A stretch of 64,000 bases of DNA from Schmidtea polychroa (Eukaryota). The DNA is taken from contig CM097885.1 of assembly GCA_044892525.1 (NCBI GenBank), positions 234,362,001 to 234,426,000 on the forward strand, written 5' to 3'. Shown in pieces: positions 1-14,020 of the stretch. Position 1 is the stretch's first letter; each line of letters begins with the position of its first letter. The notes under the pieces are model-generated. The model worked only from the letters and a program-made list of their open reading frames with translations. It searched no databases and had not been told where the DNA came from. A program made the position numbers and the translations under genes.

Positions 1-2420
1 ACGTAACTAATGAAATTGGTAATATTGAAATATTATTTGAAAATGAGGTATATCCAAATCTAAAAAGTGAAACTATTACCAGCAAAAATAATAAAACTGG
101 ACCAAACGATTATTCAGATATCGGGAAATGGCCACAAAATACTGCACCAAATCGGACCGGTGAGAATCATAGACTATGATTTTCCTGTATAAAGGTGGAA
201 ATTAAAGAAAATTTTGCATTGAAAACTATTTTAGAAAACTTTGTAATGGAGAGAAATACAATCGTGATTGGTTAGTATATTCAAAATCGAAAGACGTTTT
301 ATTCTGTTTCTGCTGTAAGTTCTCTGAAAATAACTTTGCACTACATTTAGGGTTGTCACATGTTGACAGGCTCAAAGTAAGACAATCTTAATGGCCATTT
401 TCCAATTTTAATTCTTGTTTTGGAATATTTGTTGGATTTGCTTTTATGAAATGTGTTGTCATTAATTATAAATCTTATAATTTTTTACAGACAGACGAAC
501 ACACTAGGGTTGCCACATGTTGAGAGGCTTAAAGTAGGACAAATATCCAAATTGTAAGACTGTCCTACCGAAAGTGGAACGTGTGGCAACTCTAATTAAA
601 TCATGAGGGTTTCAATGAATGGAAAAACACTAATGGGAGATTGAATATGCATGAAACGAGCTCAGATCATTTAATTGCTTCGAAACGTGGAATGATATGA
701 TTAAAGGAATAAAGCACGGATCAACAATAAATTCAACGCTCCAAAAAAATGAATGAAAACAAAATGCATTTTTAGAACGACTGTTTTCTTTAATTAAGTT
801 ACATGACTCTCAAAATATTGCACTTAGAAGCAATTCAGATAAATTATTCAAAGATGACAACGGAATATTTTTGAAAATCATTGAGTTCATGGCAAAGTTC
901 GATGCAGTAATGAAAGAACATTTAAAACGTATAAAAAATAAAGAAATATATTAGCACTATTTAGGAAAAAATATTCAAAATGAAATTATACAGATTTTGA
1001 ACAAATTTGTTAAAGAAAAGATAATATCTCGATTAAAATAAAATATTATTCTCTGCTTGTTGACTGTACACCGGATATATCGCACACAGGACAATTGACA
1101 TTAATCGTACGTTTTGTATCAATTTTATCGTCTACATTTTCTGGGATTTGAAGATATTTACAGCAGCACGGGACATGGAATGTTTGAGAAAATTCTAGAA
1201 ATGAATATGAAATATCATTATCTGATATAAGATAGCAAGGTTACGACAATGCAAATTTTAGAGCGTTTTCGTACCTTGCTCCGCACATTCTTTAAATTTA
1301 GTTGTCAATGATGCAGCAAGCTGTTGTATAGAAGCTGCAACTTTCTTCGATATTGTACGACATCTATACATTTTTTCTTCGTCCTGTACACAAAGAAGGG
1401 ATATCTTAAAAAATATAAATGGGCTGTCACTAAAATGACTTTATGAAACGAGATGGGCAAGTCGCATTGAAGGACTAAAGCCTATTCAATCTAATTAAAA
1501 GAAATTATAAATGCTCTTAATGCATTTTTGTATGAAGCAACGAATGTGACAACAAAAACTGCAGTCAAAAATAAATCTGAAGCAATTTCCATTTTCGAAA
1601 AAATTGAATGTTTTAAATTTATTTGCAACCTGATTGTCTGGTATGATATTTCAAGTCAAATAAATATTACAAGCAAAGTACTTCAGAAAGAAAATTTTAA
1701 TGTTTCGGAAGCTACAACAATACTTTCTAATGATATTGCCTATTTAAAAAAGTGCAGAACAGATGATAAGTTAAAATGAAGTTATTTAAGAGGCCAAAAA
1801 AATTGCACTACAATTAGAAATTGAGCCAGAGTTTTAGCAAACAAGAAATCGTCACAGAAAAAAGCAATTCGATTATGAGCACCCAGATGAAGTAATGAAT
1901 GATGCAGCACAAAATTTTAAGAATAAATATTTAATAACATCCTTGATCAAGCAATTATGTCATCAAATGATAGGTTTACGTTTATTTAGGAGCACAATAA
2001 AAATTATAACTTCTTTTATAAATTGAAAGCAGAAATGAGTGATGAACCCTTCGAAAAAATTGCCTGGATTTGGAAATTTTGCTCATATATGGTGGCCAGA
2101 AAGATATATCCGGTTCCGATTTATACGATGAATTAAGATATATAAAGAATACTGCTACACTCCTTCAAATATATTGGAATATATATGCTCAAATAATTTA
2201 TCATCATCTTTGGCCAATGTTATTATAGCCCTAAGAATTTTTTTAACTTTGCCGATATCAGTGGCTATCGCTGAAAGGAGTTTTTCAAATTTAAACGGAT
2301 TAAAACCTATATAGGCTCTACAATCAAACAAGAACGATTAGATACCCTAGCCACTTTGTCAATTGAACGTGAAATTGCCAAAAATTTCAATGAAGAGGAA
2401 TTAATTGACAGGCTTGTTAC
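1..2420 (+). pseudogene. Decayed hAT transposase (ZMYM1-like/DUF4371-type with C-terminal dimerisation domain); many stops and frameshifts; ends approximate
   Basis: Manual translation gives recognisable fragments: RDWLVYSKSKDVLFCFCCK (~263-320), QGYDN, VPCSAHSLNLVVNDAA (~1271-1318), TRWASR, ORF 1528-1779 (WYDISSQINITSKVLQ), and NVIIALRIFLTLPISVAIAERSFS / STIKQERLDTLATLSIE (~2216-2370). Confidence 0.85.
348..594. mobile_element. Small MITE-like insertion inside the hAT pseudogene, with a duplicated left end
   Basis: TAGGGTTGTCACA at 348 and TAGGGTTGCCACA at 505 pair with the inverted TGTGGCAACTCTA ending at 594. The transposase frame resumes after it. No clean TSD seen. Confidence 0.6.
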
Positions 2421-2659
2421 TATTTTAATTGCAAATCATCTTTCTGCGTTGAGGTTACTCTATTTGCCGATAATATGTTAAATTCACAGAACCGCTAACG
2501 AACTTCATTCGCTTGAGTAGTTTTTTGATATACTTTTTATAACAAATAAAATATGGAATGACACGTTTGCACTCAAAATCATTAATTGAAACATTTATTG
2601 AATAAAATTAATTTGAAAATTGTATAATTATCTTTAATCCGTATAAACAAAATTTATTG

Positions 2660-3250
2660 CTTGTTTGAACTTTCTAATAAAATTATCCTAAAAAATAATG
2701 TCTAATTTAAGAAAATTACGTGTTTAAGAAGATTGTATGTATCAATCTAATTTAATTTAATTTATTAATAATCATGTAATTTTAATGTGCAACTATCTTT
2801 TAAAAACTCGTTTTTAATTCTTAATTTCATACATTTCAAAGACCATATGAAGGAATGCACTTTATTTTAAAATCACAGCATGAGTAATATTTTTCAATTT
2901 TTAATATTGATTAAATTTTATTTAAAAAATGGAAAATATCTTGAAAAAATTAATAGAAAATTTAAATGAATTCATTGAAATCTATAAAATAATATACCAA
3001 AAAATGTCAATAAATTAATTTATGCAAATAAAGATTATGAAGAAAAATTAAAAAAAAAAATTTAATAATATAAAAATAATAATATCAAATTTTATTTTTT
3101 AAGATAAACAATAAATTTAAACAATTTCAAATTACATAACTATTTAATTTAAATTGACAAAAGTTCAAAATAAAAATTATTTTTCCATAATTACATACAT
3201 TAAAGAAATTTTAAGATTTTATAAGATTAATCATAATTTAAAATAATTAT
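2660..3250. repeat. Dispersed AT-rich repeat; diverged inverted copy of ~5890-6385 (also ~47840-48330)
   Basis: For example, TTTTAAAAACTCGTTTTTAATT...CATACATTTCA (~2798-2838) is the reverse complement of TGAAATGTATGAAATTAGAAATTAAAAACGAGTTTTTAAAA (~6208-6248). Confidence 0.65.
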
Positions 3251-3619
3251 ATCAGCATTTTATTCAAAATGAATTTTATATACCGAATATACTGGAGTAC
3301 AAGTTAGAAAATTTCAACCTTTTCAGAAAGAGATAATTCAATCCCACTTATACTTAAGCCAAAATAAATAAAACCTCAAAATTGTTAGATTTTAAGAATT
3401 TTCTAGGAATTTCCATTTTTAAATAGAACTTGACCTATTAATAAGGATAATATTATATTTCTTTTTAGCCAATTTGCATACATTTTCTATCACCAGGTCC
3501 GTATTTACACACAACCTAGATTTTTAGGGCCTCATAAATTTGGTTAGTTTAAAATAATGCTCTCAAACTTCCATTTAAAAAACATAAAATTGATAACAAA
3601 CTTATCATCGGTATTCATT

Positions 3620-3840
3620 GGCTCAATTATATACTTTTTAACATTAACAAACGGTGAATTTCTATTACGCTTGTTGATAGTATTTATTATATATTTCAAA
3701 TCCAAAGGAGCTTATATTATATATTTAAGCAATTTACAGATTATATTTTAATTACAACTTCTAAAACATGATTTATAAAATTCATGTTTTAAATTAATTA
3801 ATCTTATATTATATATAAATAAACCATTCTTCATTAATAA
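3620..3840 (-). pseudogene. Fragment of the RING-gene paralog (copy of ~12050-12272)
   Basis: Near-identical sequence; encodes LLMKNGLFIYNIRLINLKHEFYKSCFRSCN. Confidence 0.7.
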
Positions 3841-4720
3841 ATTGGGAACGCTTATTATCAAGTGAAATTGGACATAGAATCGCAAGAAAAGACAGCATTT
3901 TCTACTAAAAAAGGGCAATTTTGTTTTAATAGAATGCCTTTTGGCATTGCGGCGGCACCGGGTACATTCCAAGAATTAATGACAAAAATATTGAAAGATC
4001 TATGGAAAGAAGGAGTTATGGTGTATATTTGTGCAATAATCGATCATTACAGTAAATACATATCTCTAACTCTTATTAGAAAGCAAGATGAAAATACAAT
4101 AAAGGCGGTTTTGCTAAATAATTGGATATTGAAATTTGGAGCCCCTAAGGAACTACATGTTGATTGTGGAAAGAATTTCGAAGCAAATAGCATTAAAGAA
4201 CTGGCAAAGGCAGCAGGAATTGAGTTAATATTTTCGAGTCCGTATCATCATAATACTAATGGTGTAATTGAAAGACAATTTCGTACTATAAGAGACTATA
4301 TTAACGCGTCACTCAGAGAAGGAGTTAAAAAAAGCTGGGCAGAATTAATACCTGATATAGAATACGTTTTAAATGCGACAGCTCAAAAAACTACTGGAGT
4401 GAGTCCAGCAGAAATTATATTTGGAAGAAAGATTAATAGATCGCAATGGCATAGTAATAATGAAGTGGATAGAACTGAAATCATGCGGAAATTAGAGGCT
4501 AAAAGACAGCAAGCGAAAGAAATTGGCACAACTAGGAACTTAGAAGTGGGGACAAAATATTGGTGAAACAAGAAATTAGGAACAAAGATCACGAGAGATA
4601 TGAAGGACCATACACAGTAATAAAACGAAATCATGAAAGAAGTTACTTATTAACAGACGAAAACGGGAGGAAAATAACGAGGAATGTAGAAAAGTTAAAG
4701 CATTTTAAAGAATGGGGATG
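3841..4720 (+). pseudogene. pol: Internally deleted Ty3/Gypsy pol fragment: RT piece joined to the integrase core and C-terminus
   Basis: ORF 3862-4566: KTAFSTKKGQFCFNRMPFGIAAAPGTFQ (RT) runs into IIDHYSKY...HVDCG...PYHHNTNGVIERQFRTI (integrase DDE). ORF 4560-4784 has the GPY motif after a frameshift. Confidence 0.9.
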
Positions 4721-4870
4721 TAAGGAGTTAATAAATCTCTATATAAGATTTTTATGGTTAAATGGTAGAAGTGAGATCAGTTAGTAGAAATAATTATTTC
4801 TACTAAATTTGTATAATTAAATTCTATATTAAATTATATCATATTATATTAAATTATATTAAATTAAATC
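4707..4870 (+). mobile_element. Polypurine tract and start of the truncated 3' LTR of the Gypsy fragment (right end uncertain)
   Basis: AAAGAATGGGGA (4707-4718) is followed immediately by TGTAAG at 4719, at the end of integrase. Confidence 0.55.
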
Positions 4871-7800
4871 AATTAAATGTATGACCAATAATTACATTAA
4901 TATTAATAATTATCACGCCTCGGTGTTTAAATACTCTAGTAAACGGCACAATTTTGAAGTTGTTATAAAAATAAATGATTGAAGAAAACTTGAATTTAAT
5001 TGCGTCTAAAAATATGCATAATATATGACAATACATTATTTGATATGTCATAAAACGGAAATTTGTTTCTTTTTTATTCACTATATAGATTCCAATATTA
5101 TAACAGAATAAGGATTTTAATAATTTTTGAAAATGTTTAAAAAATAATAATTAAAATGTGCAGAACAAAATACTAAGACTTTATATCATGTTTGAAAAAA
5201 TCAAACTTTTTATCCATGTTTAAAAATTTGAAAAATAAAATAATGCAAATTATGATTAATAATATAAAATCAATTATATAATGTAATTATGCATACAAAA
5301 AATTGTCCAGTGAAAATAACTTAAATAATTTAATGGATTCTGATTGGTTCAGAATGATTTGCAAGTTTCTGTATAAAATAGATGCAAAATAAAAAAATCA
5401 TTTCTATAAAACGAAATAAAAGTGAGTTAATTTGCTACATACATAATCTTTCATAACTTTATTTTCTATAAATATATGTTTAGAAAAGGATGTTATCAAG
5501 TTAAGTTTTGATACTATCAGTTTAATTAGGAACCCTTTCAATACAAGTTATACATCATTGAATGTAATATTTAAGGATTACAATTACATATTCATTTAAA
5601 ATATATATTTCTAATTTATATTAATATTATGAAACTAATTACTAGGAACCAACAACTTTAAAACAAATATTATATAATATACCAGTTGAAAAATTCAAGA
5701 TATCAATCGAAAAATATTTTTGAAAATATTTTTGGCAATCAATAATCAAATTCAAATAAATGTAAATGTATCATTTATGAATTGTGTAAAGGATAGTATT
5801 TGATAAAGTTAATGAAATGAATAAGTGATTAGGATAAAATTCAAAGTTTAAAAAATTAAATCATTCTATTAAATTCGGTTTGAAAAATTACTGAATCAAA
5901 TAATTATTTTAAATTAAAATTAATTTTATAAAATCTTAAACTTTCTTTAATTTATGTAATTATGCAAAGATAATTTTTTTTGAACTCTTATCATTATAAA
6001 TTAAAAGTCGTATATTTGATTAATTATTTCATTTTTATTTAATTATTTAATTTGAAGTTTTTTTAAATTTACTGTTTATCTTTAAAAAATTAAATTTTAA
6101 ATTTTATTATTTTCCATTTTTTAAATATAAATTAATTAATTTTTAAAATTTGAAAATTTTATTCAGACAGTGATTTCAAAATGAAGTGCATTCCGTTATA
6201 TATGCTCTGAAATGTATGAAATTAGAAATTAAAAACGAGTTTTTAAAAGAAAGTTACACACTAAAATTACATGATAATTAATACATTCATTTAAGTTAGA
6301 TTGATACACACAATCCTCTTAAAAACGTAATCTTCTTAAATTACACATTATTTTTTAGGATAATTTTATAAGAAAGTTCAAAAAACAGTGCTATAATTCA
6401 CGAATTAATTAAGTTTTATAAAATACATTACATTATTTAAAATCTATTCCCTTAATTTACTATTTCAATAAATATAACTATAATTTCTCAGTCGATATCT
6501 TTTCTTAAAAATAAACTACTTCTTTTAAATTATTTCCCTAATTTCAAATAATTTTTTACTTAAATTTGATAAATACACATCTTTTTTAATCAGTCCATAC
6601 AATTATTTCCCAACATAAAAATCCTGATACTTTATTTATCTATAAAAGATTACGCACAAAAATATGTGAAACTATAATGAAACCTATAGAAGTTATCGAG
6701 ACTAAAATAATAAGGCTTATTATTATTATTAAAGCTTATTAATCCAGAAAATTTACTCACAAAAATATTTAAATTTTTTTCATTCAGAATTTTAAACTTT
6801 TTAAAAATTACATAAACATTTTCATTTAAAAATATTTTTTAGGCTTTTCAATTAAGACATATTACTTAAAATACAGTGATTGAATATTTTTTGAATTATT
6901 GTAAACCTAACTTTCGAATAACTTAACTATTAAAAATACAGTTTTAATATGATATTCGATATTATTATTATTTACAAAATCTTTATAATAATAATATCAA
7001 ATACAAAAAAATTCAAACATTGAATTTTTATTAATATCTTCTAGCTTTATTAATATATTCTGGTCACCTTTTTACAATTTCAATTATTTCTTTGAATTTT
7101 TATTTAAAGCTTTAGTTTGTTTCATTTTAACTTTTAGATTTTTGTATATTTTACAAATTGAATATATTCATTAATTTTTCAATTCCAGTTAAAACAAAGT
7201 GAAACTTTTAAATTTAAAATGATCTAAAATTAATTATAATTTCAAAAAAAAAATTATTTAAGATATTCTTAATAATTTTTTCATATGTTACAAAATATAT
7301 TGCTATGTTCTAAAACTTCAAATTCTTATACAAATTTATACATGTTATATTATTGTATATTTTAAATATTTTGTTCACCCCAATACCGTTGTAGTAGGTA
7401 GAGTATTGACTTACTGTAGAGATTAAAAAATTTTAAATTACTTTTTTTAAAGTATGATATAATAAAATTTAGAATTTAAAAATAACAGAAAAGAATTGTA
7501 ATTCTTTTTACTTTTGTTATCACGTTAATAAAAATTATTACGGTTTGTTATTGTTGTTATGTAATTGTTTTGTTTTTTATTGTAATAAAATTATAATAAA
7601 GTCATAATATATTAACGACACAACATTCGCGCCAGCTGTCCAGAAAAAGTTTTAAAGAAGACTCAGATGGCTCAACAGATTTGTTAACTACATTTTTATA
7701 ATATAACAATTAAGAACCATACATACATTTTTATTGATTGTTTTATTAAAATAAAATGTAAATATTTATACTAAATGAATTAGCACCTGCATGTAAAGGA

Positions 7801-10624
7801 ATATTTTTCAATAAAAAGTAATAAATATTTAGAGGTTTACATCTCGACTCAAAGTCGGTAGAATCATACATTTCCAATTATATTGAATATTTAACTTTTA
7901 AATACGCTAAATATATTTTCATTTGATCAATATTTAAAAACTTAAAACATGAAATTAATTGAGTAAAGAAATCTGTTTACAATTTAAAAATATTGAATAT
8001 TAAATTAAATAAAATTTTTTAATGAGAGAAACATTATATTAAATATATTTTTCAAAAACTTTCAAACTAAAATGCAATTAATAAATTTAACAAGTTTATG
8101 TTTTATATTAAATAAATAGTATAAATAGAACTGCAAAACTCTTTGAAATGAAGAGTAAAATAATATAATATTAATAAAAATTAAAAATTATATATATTAA
8201 AATTGCTATTAAAAATGTTAAAAAATGTTATATAACATCAGATATTCAGAAAATTATAATCAGCTATTTTATTGAAACAATAATTTTGAAACATGAAGTC
8301 AATTTTATTGAATTAAATTAAATTTAATCAAATTTACATATTCAATAATATACTCAGAATTACTAAAATTTAATTTTTGTAAAACTCGTAAACTAAAAAA
8401 ATGATATTTAAAAAAAATTTAAATAAAAATAAAAACAGATATAGAAAATTAGGAATCTCAGATTAAATATTGCTAAAAGTTATAATTTTCCAGTTTATTT
8501 AAATATTAATGTAATTGAAATCGTTTGATTATACTTAAATAAAATTTGTTGATACTTACCGAGTCTCATGTAAAAATTGTAATGTGACAATATGGAATTC
8601 ATCGTAAATGTATTATATATGAGAAATGTGTTTATACAAGTCTCGATAAATATAAAAATTCTATAGAAATTCTACAAAACTTACAGTATTTTTATCATTA
8701 ACCTGTATTAAAAAAGATATGAAACTTCATTAATAATTAATCCGTAAAGATAATTTAATAAGATAATTTTGTGGCCAATAGTAGCCTCAATAGTTCTTGA
8801 ATGATGATTTTAACGGTAGTTACTAATGACTGTGTACCATTTGTAGATTAAAACAATTACCAAATAGATCATGTATATGTTGTGAATAATATAATCAAAT
8901 GATAGAATCTTGAAATTATGTCTCTAGAATTTGGTTATTTATTGTTTTCGATATATTTTTATTTCAATTTTTAATCATTTTTTGAAACTTATATCCCTAC
9001 ATTTGATTTCTGAAATCTTCAAAATAGTGAATTGATACATTTTTAACAATTTCTTAAAAGGTCAAATTATTTCTGTTTTTACGTGGATTGAATGTGATAG
9101 TCAAGGAAGGAAAAATAATTGTAATAATATAAAATTTACATAGTTCAAACATATTTACAAAAAAGATGTCACCAGAATAGATGATTTTATTTTAAATAAA
9201 AACTTTTCTTTTAATTATTAAAATAAAATCTGAACAATTGTAATATGTGATAACTAATAAAAAAAATTCTAATTTAATAAATTCTAAATTTATAAATTTA
9301 AATAAAATAATTTAAAATTTTACCAAATGAAAAATAAATTAAATTTAAAAATATATAATAAAAATCTAAATTAAAAAAATCTTTAAATAAAGTTTTAAAA
9401 AAATATTTGTTTAAATAATAAACTAAAAGGTTGTATATAATTATTTTCAATTTGAAATGAACAATTGAATTGAAAATTAATGAATTTTTTCCTATTTTTT
9501 CATAAAAGCACTATGTTTATATCAAGAGAAAAAAATAATATATTTAAAACCAAATCGATTCTCGTTCGTCATCATCCACTTCATTTCTCCTCATGGTCGT
9601 GATAAAGATGTCATCTTCATATTTTGACTAAGAATATATGATATATTAAAATAATCCTTGTTACTTGCGAATGAAACAAGTATTTTCTTTTTTAGCCATT
9701 TTAATATGGCTGTTTTTTTTCAATATTTTTAGTAATAAGTTCCTTTCTTTTTTCTCAATTATTGTAAGAAAATCCTTTAAGGATAGTAGCTGATAGATAG
9801 TTTAATTCATATGATGCGGTATGTAAACGCTACTCATACATTCGTTTTACAATATATTTCGACAGTTTTTCTATCATCCTCAGGAAAAATAGAAAAACTA
9901 AATAATTTAAGATTTTTGAACAATCACAGGGATATCACAGAGATATCACAGAGATTAATGGATTGTGCGAGCAAAGTGTTCTTAGTGATTTCTGAAATTT
10001 TATCTTCGGTGTGCATCATGTTGTTCGTCATTATCCGCTTCTTTTCTGCTCTTGGTCGTGATAAAGATATCATCTACATATTTTTCGTAGGAATCTATGA
10101 TATATTAATTATTCCTTGTTACTTGAGAATGATACAAGTGTTTTCTTTTTTAGCCATTTTAATATGGCTGTTTTTCTGTTCAATATGTTTAAATAATAAG
10201 TTCCTTTCTTTTTTCTTAATCATTTTGTGGCAACTCTTTAAGGAGATTAGCTGATAGATATTTTAATTCCTTTTAATGTGGTATAAAAACGCTACTCAAA
10301 CATTTGTTTTACAATATATTTCGACAGTTTTTCTATCATCATCAGATAAAATAGAAAAACTAAATGAATTTACTAAGTTTCATTTTAAAAAAAATGAAAG
10401 AATTATCTTTTCTTCGACACAAATTTTAATAAAACAAATATCTAATTCCTTTCTTTAAAGTGCAAAATATGTCGTCATGAGTCTTTTGAATATTGTAACA
10501 GCTCTAGTTTGATTTTTAAATAGACACTTAAATAAACGCGGTAAAGACTTTATTTTTAAATATCGCTATTCATACATCTTTTTAACAATATATTTCGATA
10601 GCATCACAATGATTCTCAGATTAC

Positions 10625-10870
10625 CTAATACTCGCAAATTAAATGTTTGAGCATATTTGTCAAGACATTGTCCCATGTTATTTGTTCTATCAACATTTTT
10701 AACATTTTTATTATTTCTAATAAAATACCAATATCTTCTAGTTTTAAAATATTTTCGGTTATAAATGGAATATTTCCCAAATACATTAAATATTGATCAT
10801 TATAATTCTCGAAACTTATTCTCATAAACTCATACTCTAAACCTAAATAAATCATTAAATTTTTATTCTT
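10625..10870 (-). pseudogene. Paralogous fragment of the RING gene C-terminus (also 38924-39154 and 43550-43780)
   Basis: IYLGLEYEFMRI...LEDIGILLEI...IEQITWD aligns with IYLGFEYELMEI...LEDIGGLLQI...IEQITWD. Confidence 0.7.
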
Positions 10871-10888
10871 GTTTCGAATAATATTGTA

Positions 10889-11953
10889 TTATCTAAAAAT
10901 AAACCAATTTTGTTCGAGCTTATTTTTCAAAACATCATCCCAAGTTATTTGCTCGATCAACAATCTTATCATTCGAGTTATTTGTAATAAACCACCGATA
11001 TCTTCTAGATTTAAAATATTATCAACAATAAATTGTATATTTCCCAAATATACTAAATATTGGTTATTATAATTCAACAAACGTATTTCCATTAACTCGT
11101 ATTCAAAACCTAAATAAATCGCTAATTTTTTTCTTGTTTCTATTATTATTTTATCATCTAAAAATAAGTCAATTTTGTCGAATAGTCGTGTCAATTGATT
11201 TGATATTAAATTTTGATGTACTAATGTAATATTAGTTAACATGTTTTGTTCAAATCTTATATAGTCAATTTCTAATGGATCTAATATCGTATCATCATCA
11301 AATTCTTGGAATGGAATATCAACACCATCTTCAGTCACAGTTAAATCTCGTAAAAATACATCGGAAATAAAAGATGTATACAGAGCTTTTTTGCGGATAT
11401 TGGTCATAAAATTATCTTTAAATTTATCTTCAATAAAAGAACCAATTATCCTTTCAATAATTTCTTCATTTTTTTCATTAATTATCAATTTTCTAATTAA
11501 ATGGTATATTTTTGTTAAATAATCTGATGCTGAATCGGTATTTTCAACGAGTATTTTAATTCCGAAAAAACTAGTATTCAAATAATCATTGAGCACAATT
11601 ATATATTTTTTAAAATTTGCAAAAGGAGAATTTCGATTACGTGCTTTGATACTATTTAATATATATTCCAAATCCACAGGTGTTTTTCTTATATATTTTA
11701 TCAGTTTGCGGTTGATATTTCTAATACAGGATCTAAAACGAAGTTTATAAAATTCTTGTTTCAGATTAAATAATCTCATATAATCTATAAATAAATCTTT
11801 CTTCTTTACTAAATCCAATTCAAGTCTGTCAAGCGGGCAATGAGTATAATCATTTAACCAATGTAAGAAACAATTAGTACAAAACGAATGGTTACAGCCA
11901 GTAGTTATAAACAATTCTATAGCTAATTCATCGTAGCAAACAGTACATTCCAT
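10889..11953 (-). CDS. Intronless RING-finger protein, putative E3 ubiquitin ligase, 354 aa (copy 1)
   Basis: N-terminal CTVC...CNHSFCTNC...W...CPLD (C3HC3D RING). The first ATG is at 11953; the track's TTG start is 8 codons upstream. Confidence 0.8.
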   Translation of the reverse strand: MECTVCYDELAIELFITTGCNHSFCTNCFLHWLNDYTHCPLDRLELDLVKKKDLFIDYMRLFNLKQEFYKLRFRSCIRNINRKLIKYIRKTPVDLEYILNSIKARNRNSPFANFKKYIIVLNDYLNTSFFGIKILVENTDSASDYLTKIYHLIRKLIINEKNEEIIERIIGSFIEDKFKDNFMTNIRKKALYTSFISDVFLRDLTVTEDGVDIPFQEFDDDTILDPLEIDYIRFEQNMLTNITLVHQNLISNQLTRLFDKIDLFLDDKIIIETRKKLAIYLGFEYELMEIRLLNYNNQYLVYLGNIQFIVDNILNLEDIGGLLQITRMIRLLIEQITWDDVLKNKLEQNWFIFR

Positions 11954-11979
11954 TTTTCTTTTTTCGATAATTTTCAATA

Positions 11980-12380
11980 CTTATCAATTTCTAACAAAAT
12001 GGTATATTCTTGATAAATATATTCCAAAATACTAATCATTCAAATAATAATTGCGCCTTATTATATACTTTTTAACATTTGCAAACGGTGAATTTCTATT
12101 ACGCGTGTTGATAGTATTTACTATATATTTCAAATCCAAAGTGGCTTATATTATATATTTAAGCAATTTACAGCTTAAAGTTTAATTACAACTCCTAAAA
12201 CATGATTTATAAAATTCATGTTTTAAATTAATTAATCTTATATTATATATAAATAAACCATTCTTCATTAATAAATCAAATTCAATTCGGTCTAATGGAC
12301 AATTAGAATGTCTTTCTAACCAACTTATTAAACAATTACTACAATAAACATGGTTACAACCAGTAGTTATAGTTGAATTT
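11980..12380 (-). pseudogene. Decayed paralog of the RING gene N-terminus (also ~40280-40675 and ~44905-45300)
   Basis: The minus strand reads ITTGCNHVYCSNCLISWLERHSNCPLDRIEFDLL...KHEFYKSCFRSC, followed by stops. Confidence 0.75.
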
Positions 12381-13329
12381 ATTTTTTTTGCGGATATTAT
12401 TCATGTAAATGTCTTTAAAATATAATTGGTCTTCAATAAAAGAAGTAATTATCTTTTGAATAACTAACTATTAGCTGATAGATAGTTTAATTTCTATGAT
12501 GTGGTATGTAAACGCTACTCATATATTCGTTTTACAATATATTTCGACAGTTTTTCTATCATCATCAGATAAAATAGAAAAACTAAAAGAATTTACTAAG
12601 TTTCATTTTTAAAAAGAATGAAAAAATTATCTTTTCTTCAAATTTTAATAAAACAAATATCTAATTCCTTTCTATAAAGTGCAAAATATGTCGTCATGAG
12701 TCTTTTGTTGAAATTTATTAATAGAATTCATTTTATAATAATGATATAGTGCTTCTACCCAATAGACAATTTGGATTTACCAATAACCAAGATAATAAAC
12801 AACCACTGCAAAACTTATGATTGCAAAGATTTATTGTTACGGAATTATGAATATCATTATAATTTCTTTTAATGAACAGAAAAATTGGTATCTAAAGAAT
12901 ATTGTTCAAGGTTATAAAATCGATAAGAATGATGTCCTTACTCCAATTTGAAAAATTTCACAATTATTTTAATATATGCTTAATGAATGTTAATAAATGT
13001 ATTTAATTATATTTGTGTTTGTCTTTTCTTTCAAATAATAAAAATAATTTGTCAATTTTTAACAAAAAATTACAAAATGAACATTTTATAATTATAAAAT
13101 ACTTTTAATATAATATAATATAAATAAAAATATAATATATCTTTTATATAATATTTTAATATCAATTATAAAATAATTTAATAAAAAGATTGACTATGAA
13201 TCAGTAAATACTTTTTTATTTAATGATTCAATGTCAATCTTTTTAATAAATACAATAGTAATGGAAAATAAATCAATAGTGAAATTTGTAAGAAACGTTC
13301 TTATAATACTATAAAATAATTCAAAATAA

Positions 13330-14020
13330 ATAATGGTTAACTGAGGATTGACTTTCCAAACTTTTATCATCCGATAGAAGAAAAACAGTTTATAATTTTG
13401 ACTGGCTTTGCAGATCAATTAACTACATTTGTAACATAGCAAGTACAGGTGGTGCTTTACTGGGATTAACATTAAAAGGCGACGGTAATATTTCAAAGTA
13501 TGTGCTTTCATTGGATAATGAATCAAATACTTCTACCGATGTTTTGAAAAAAATCAACATAATCGCCATCATTTCTTTGTTTTGATGAGCAAAATTTATT
13601 TAGTTCATCAATAAGTCATGCATAATTATTTCTCAATTGATTTTGAAAAGATGTAATTTAAGGATTACAACTTTCAGCAATCAGCTTATTTTCTCATGGA
13701 GTTTTAAATTCAAATTATTGAGATGGCCAGTCATGTCTACAAGAAAATATAAATCTCAATACTAATTATCACATGATAGATCGAATAAAATTAATGGTTT
13801 AATATAAACACACATTAACTGTTCCATTTTTAACACTTGCTTGTACAAACTCTCTTAATGAAATGATGCAATGAAATATGTACAACTGATCAATTTATAT
13901 ATTTCACCTTCACATAGTTTTGTATCATTCGCCATACTACGGTCACGATCAGTAGCAATTAAATATGAAGTTGATAGATCTAAATAATTTTCAACAAAAC
14001 TATTTCGAAACGCATAAAAT
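13330..14020 (-). pseudogene. Decayed Buster/SPIN (GTF2IRD2-like) hAT transposase remnant
   Basis: Minus-strand fragments LIATD, FHCII(H*ESL), TINFIRS, DLYFLVDMTGHLNNLNLKL and PFNV...LQM*LIDLQ occur in the expected order. Confidence 0.65.

Noticed and set aside
9811..10458. Hydrophobic plus-strand ORFs (147 and 60 aa; copies at 38105, 42241 and 42739)
   Set aside because: They have no recognisable domain, their starts vary between copies, and they lie antisense to decayed minus-strand coding fragments. The hydrophobicity reflects T-richness.
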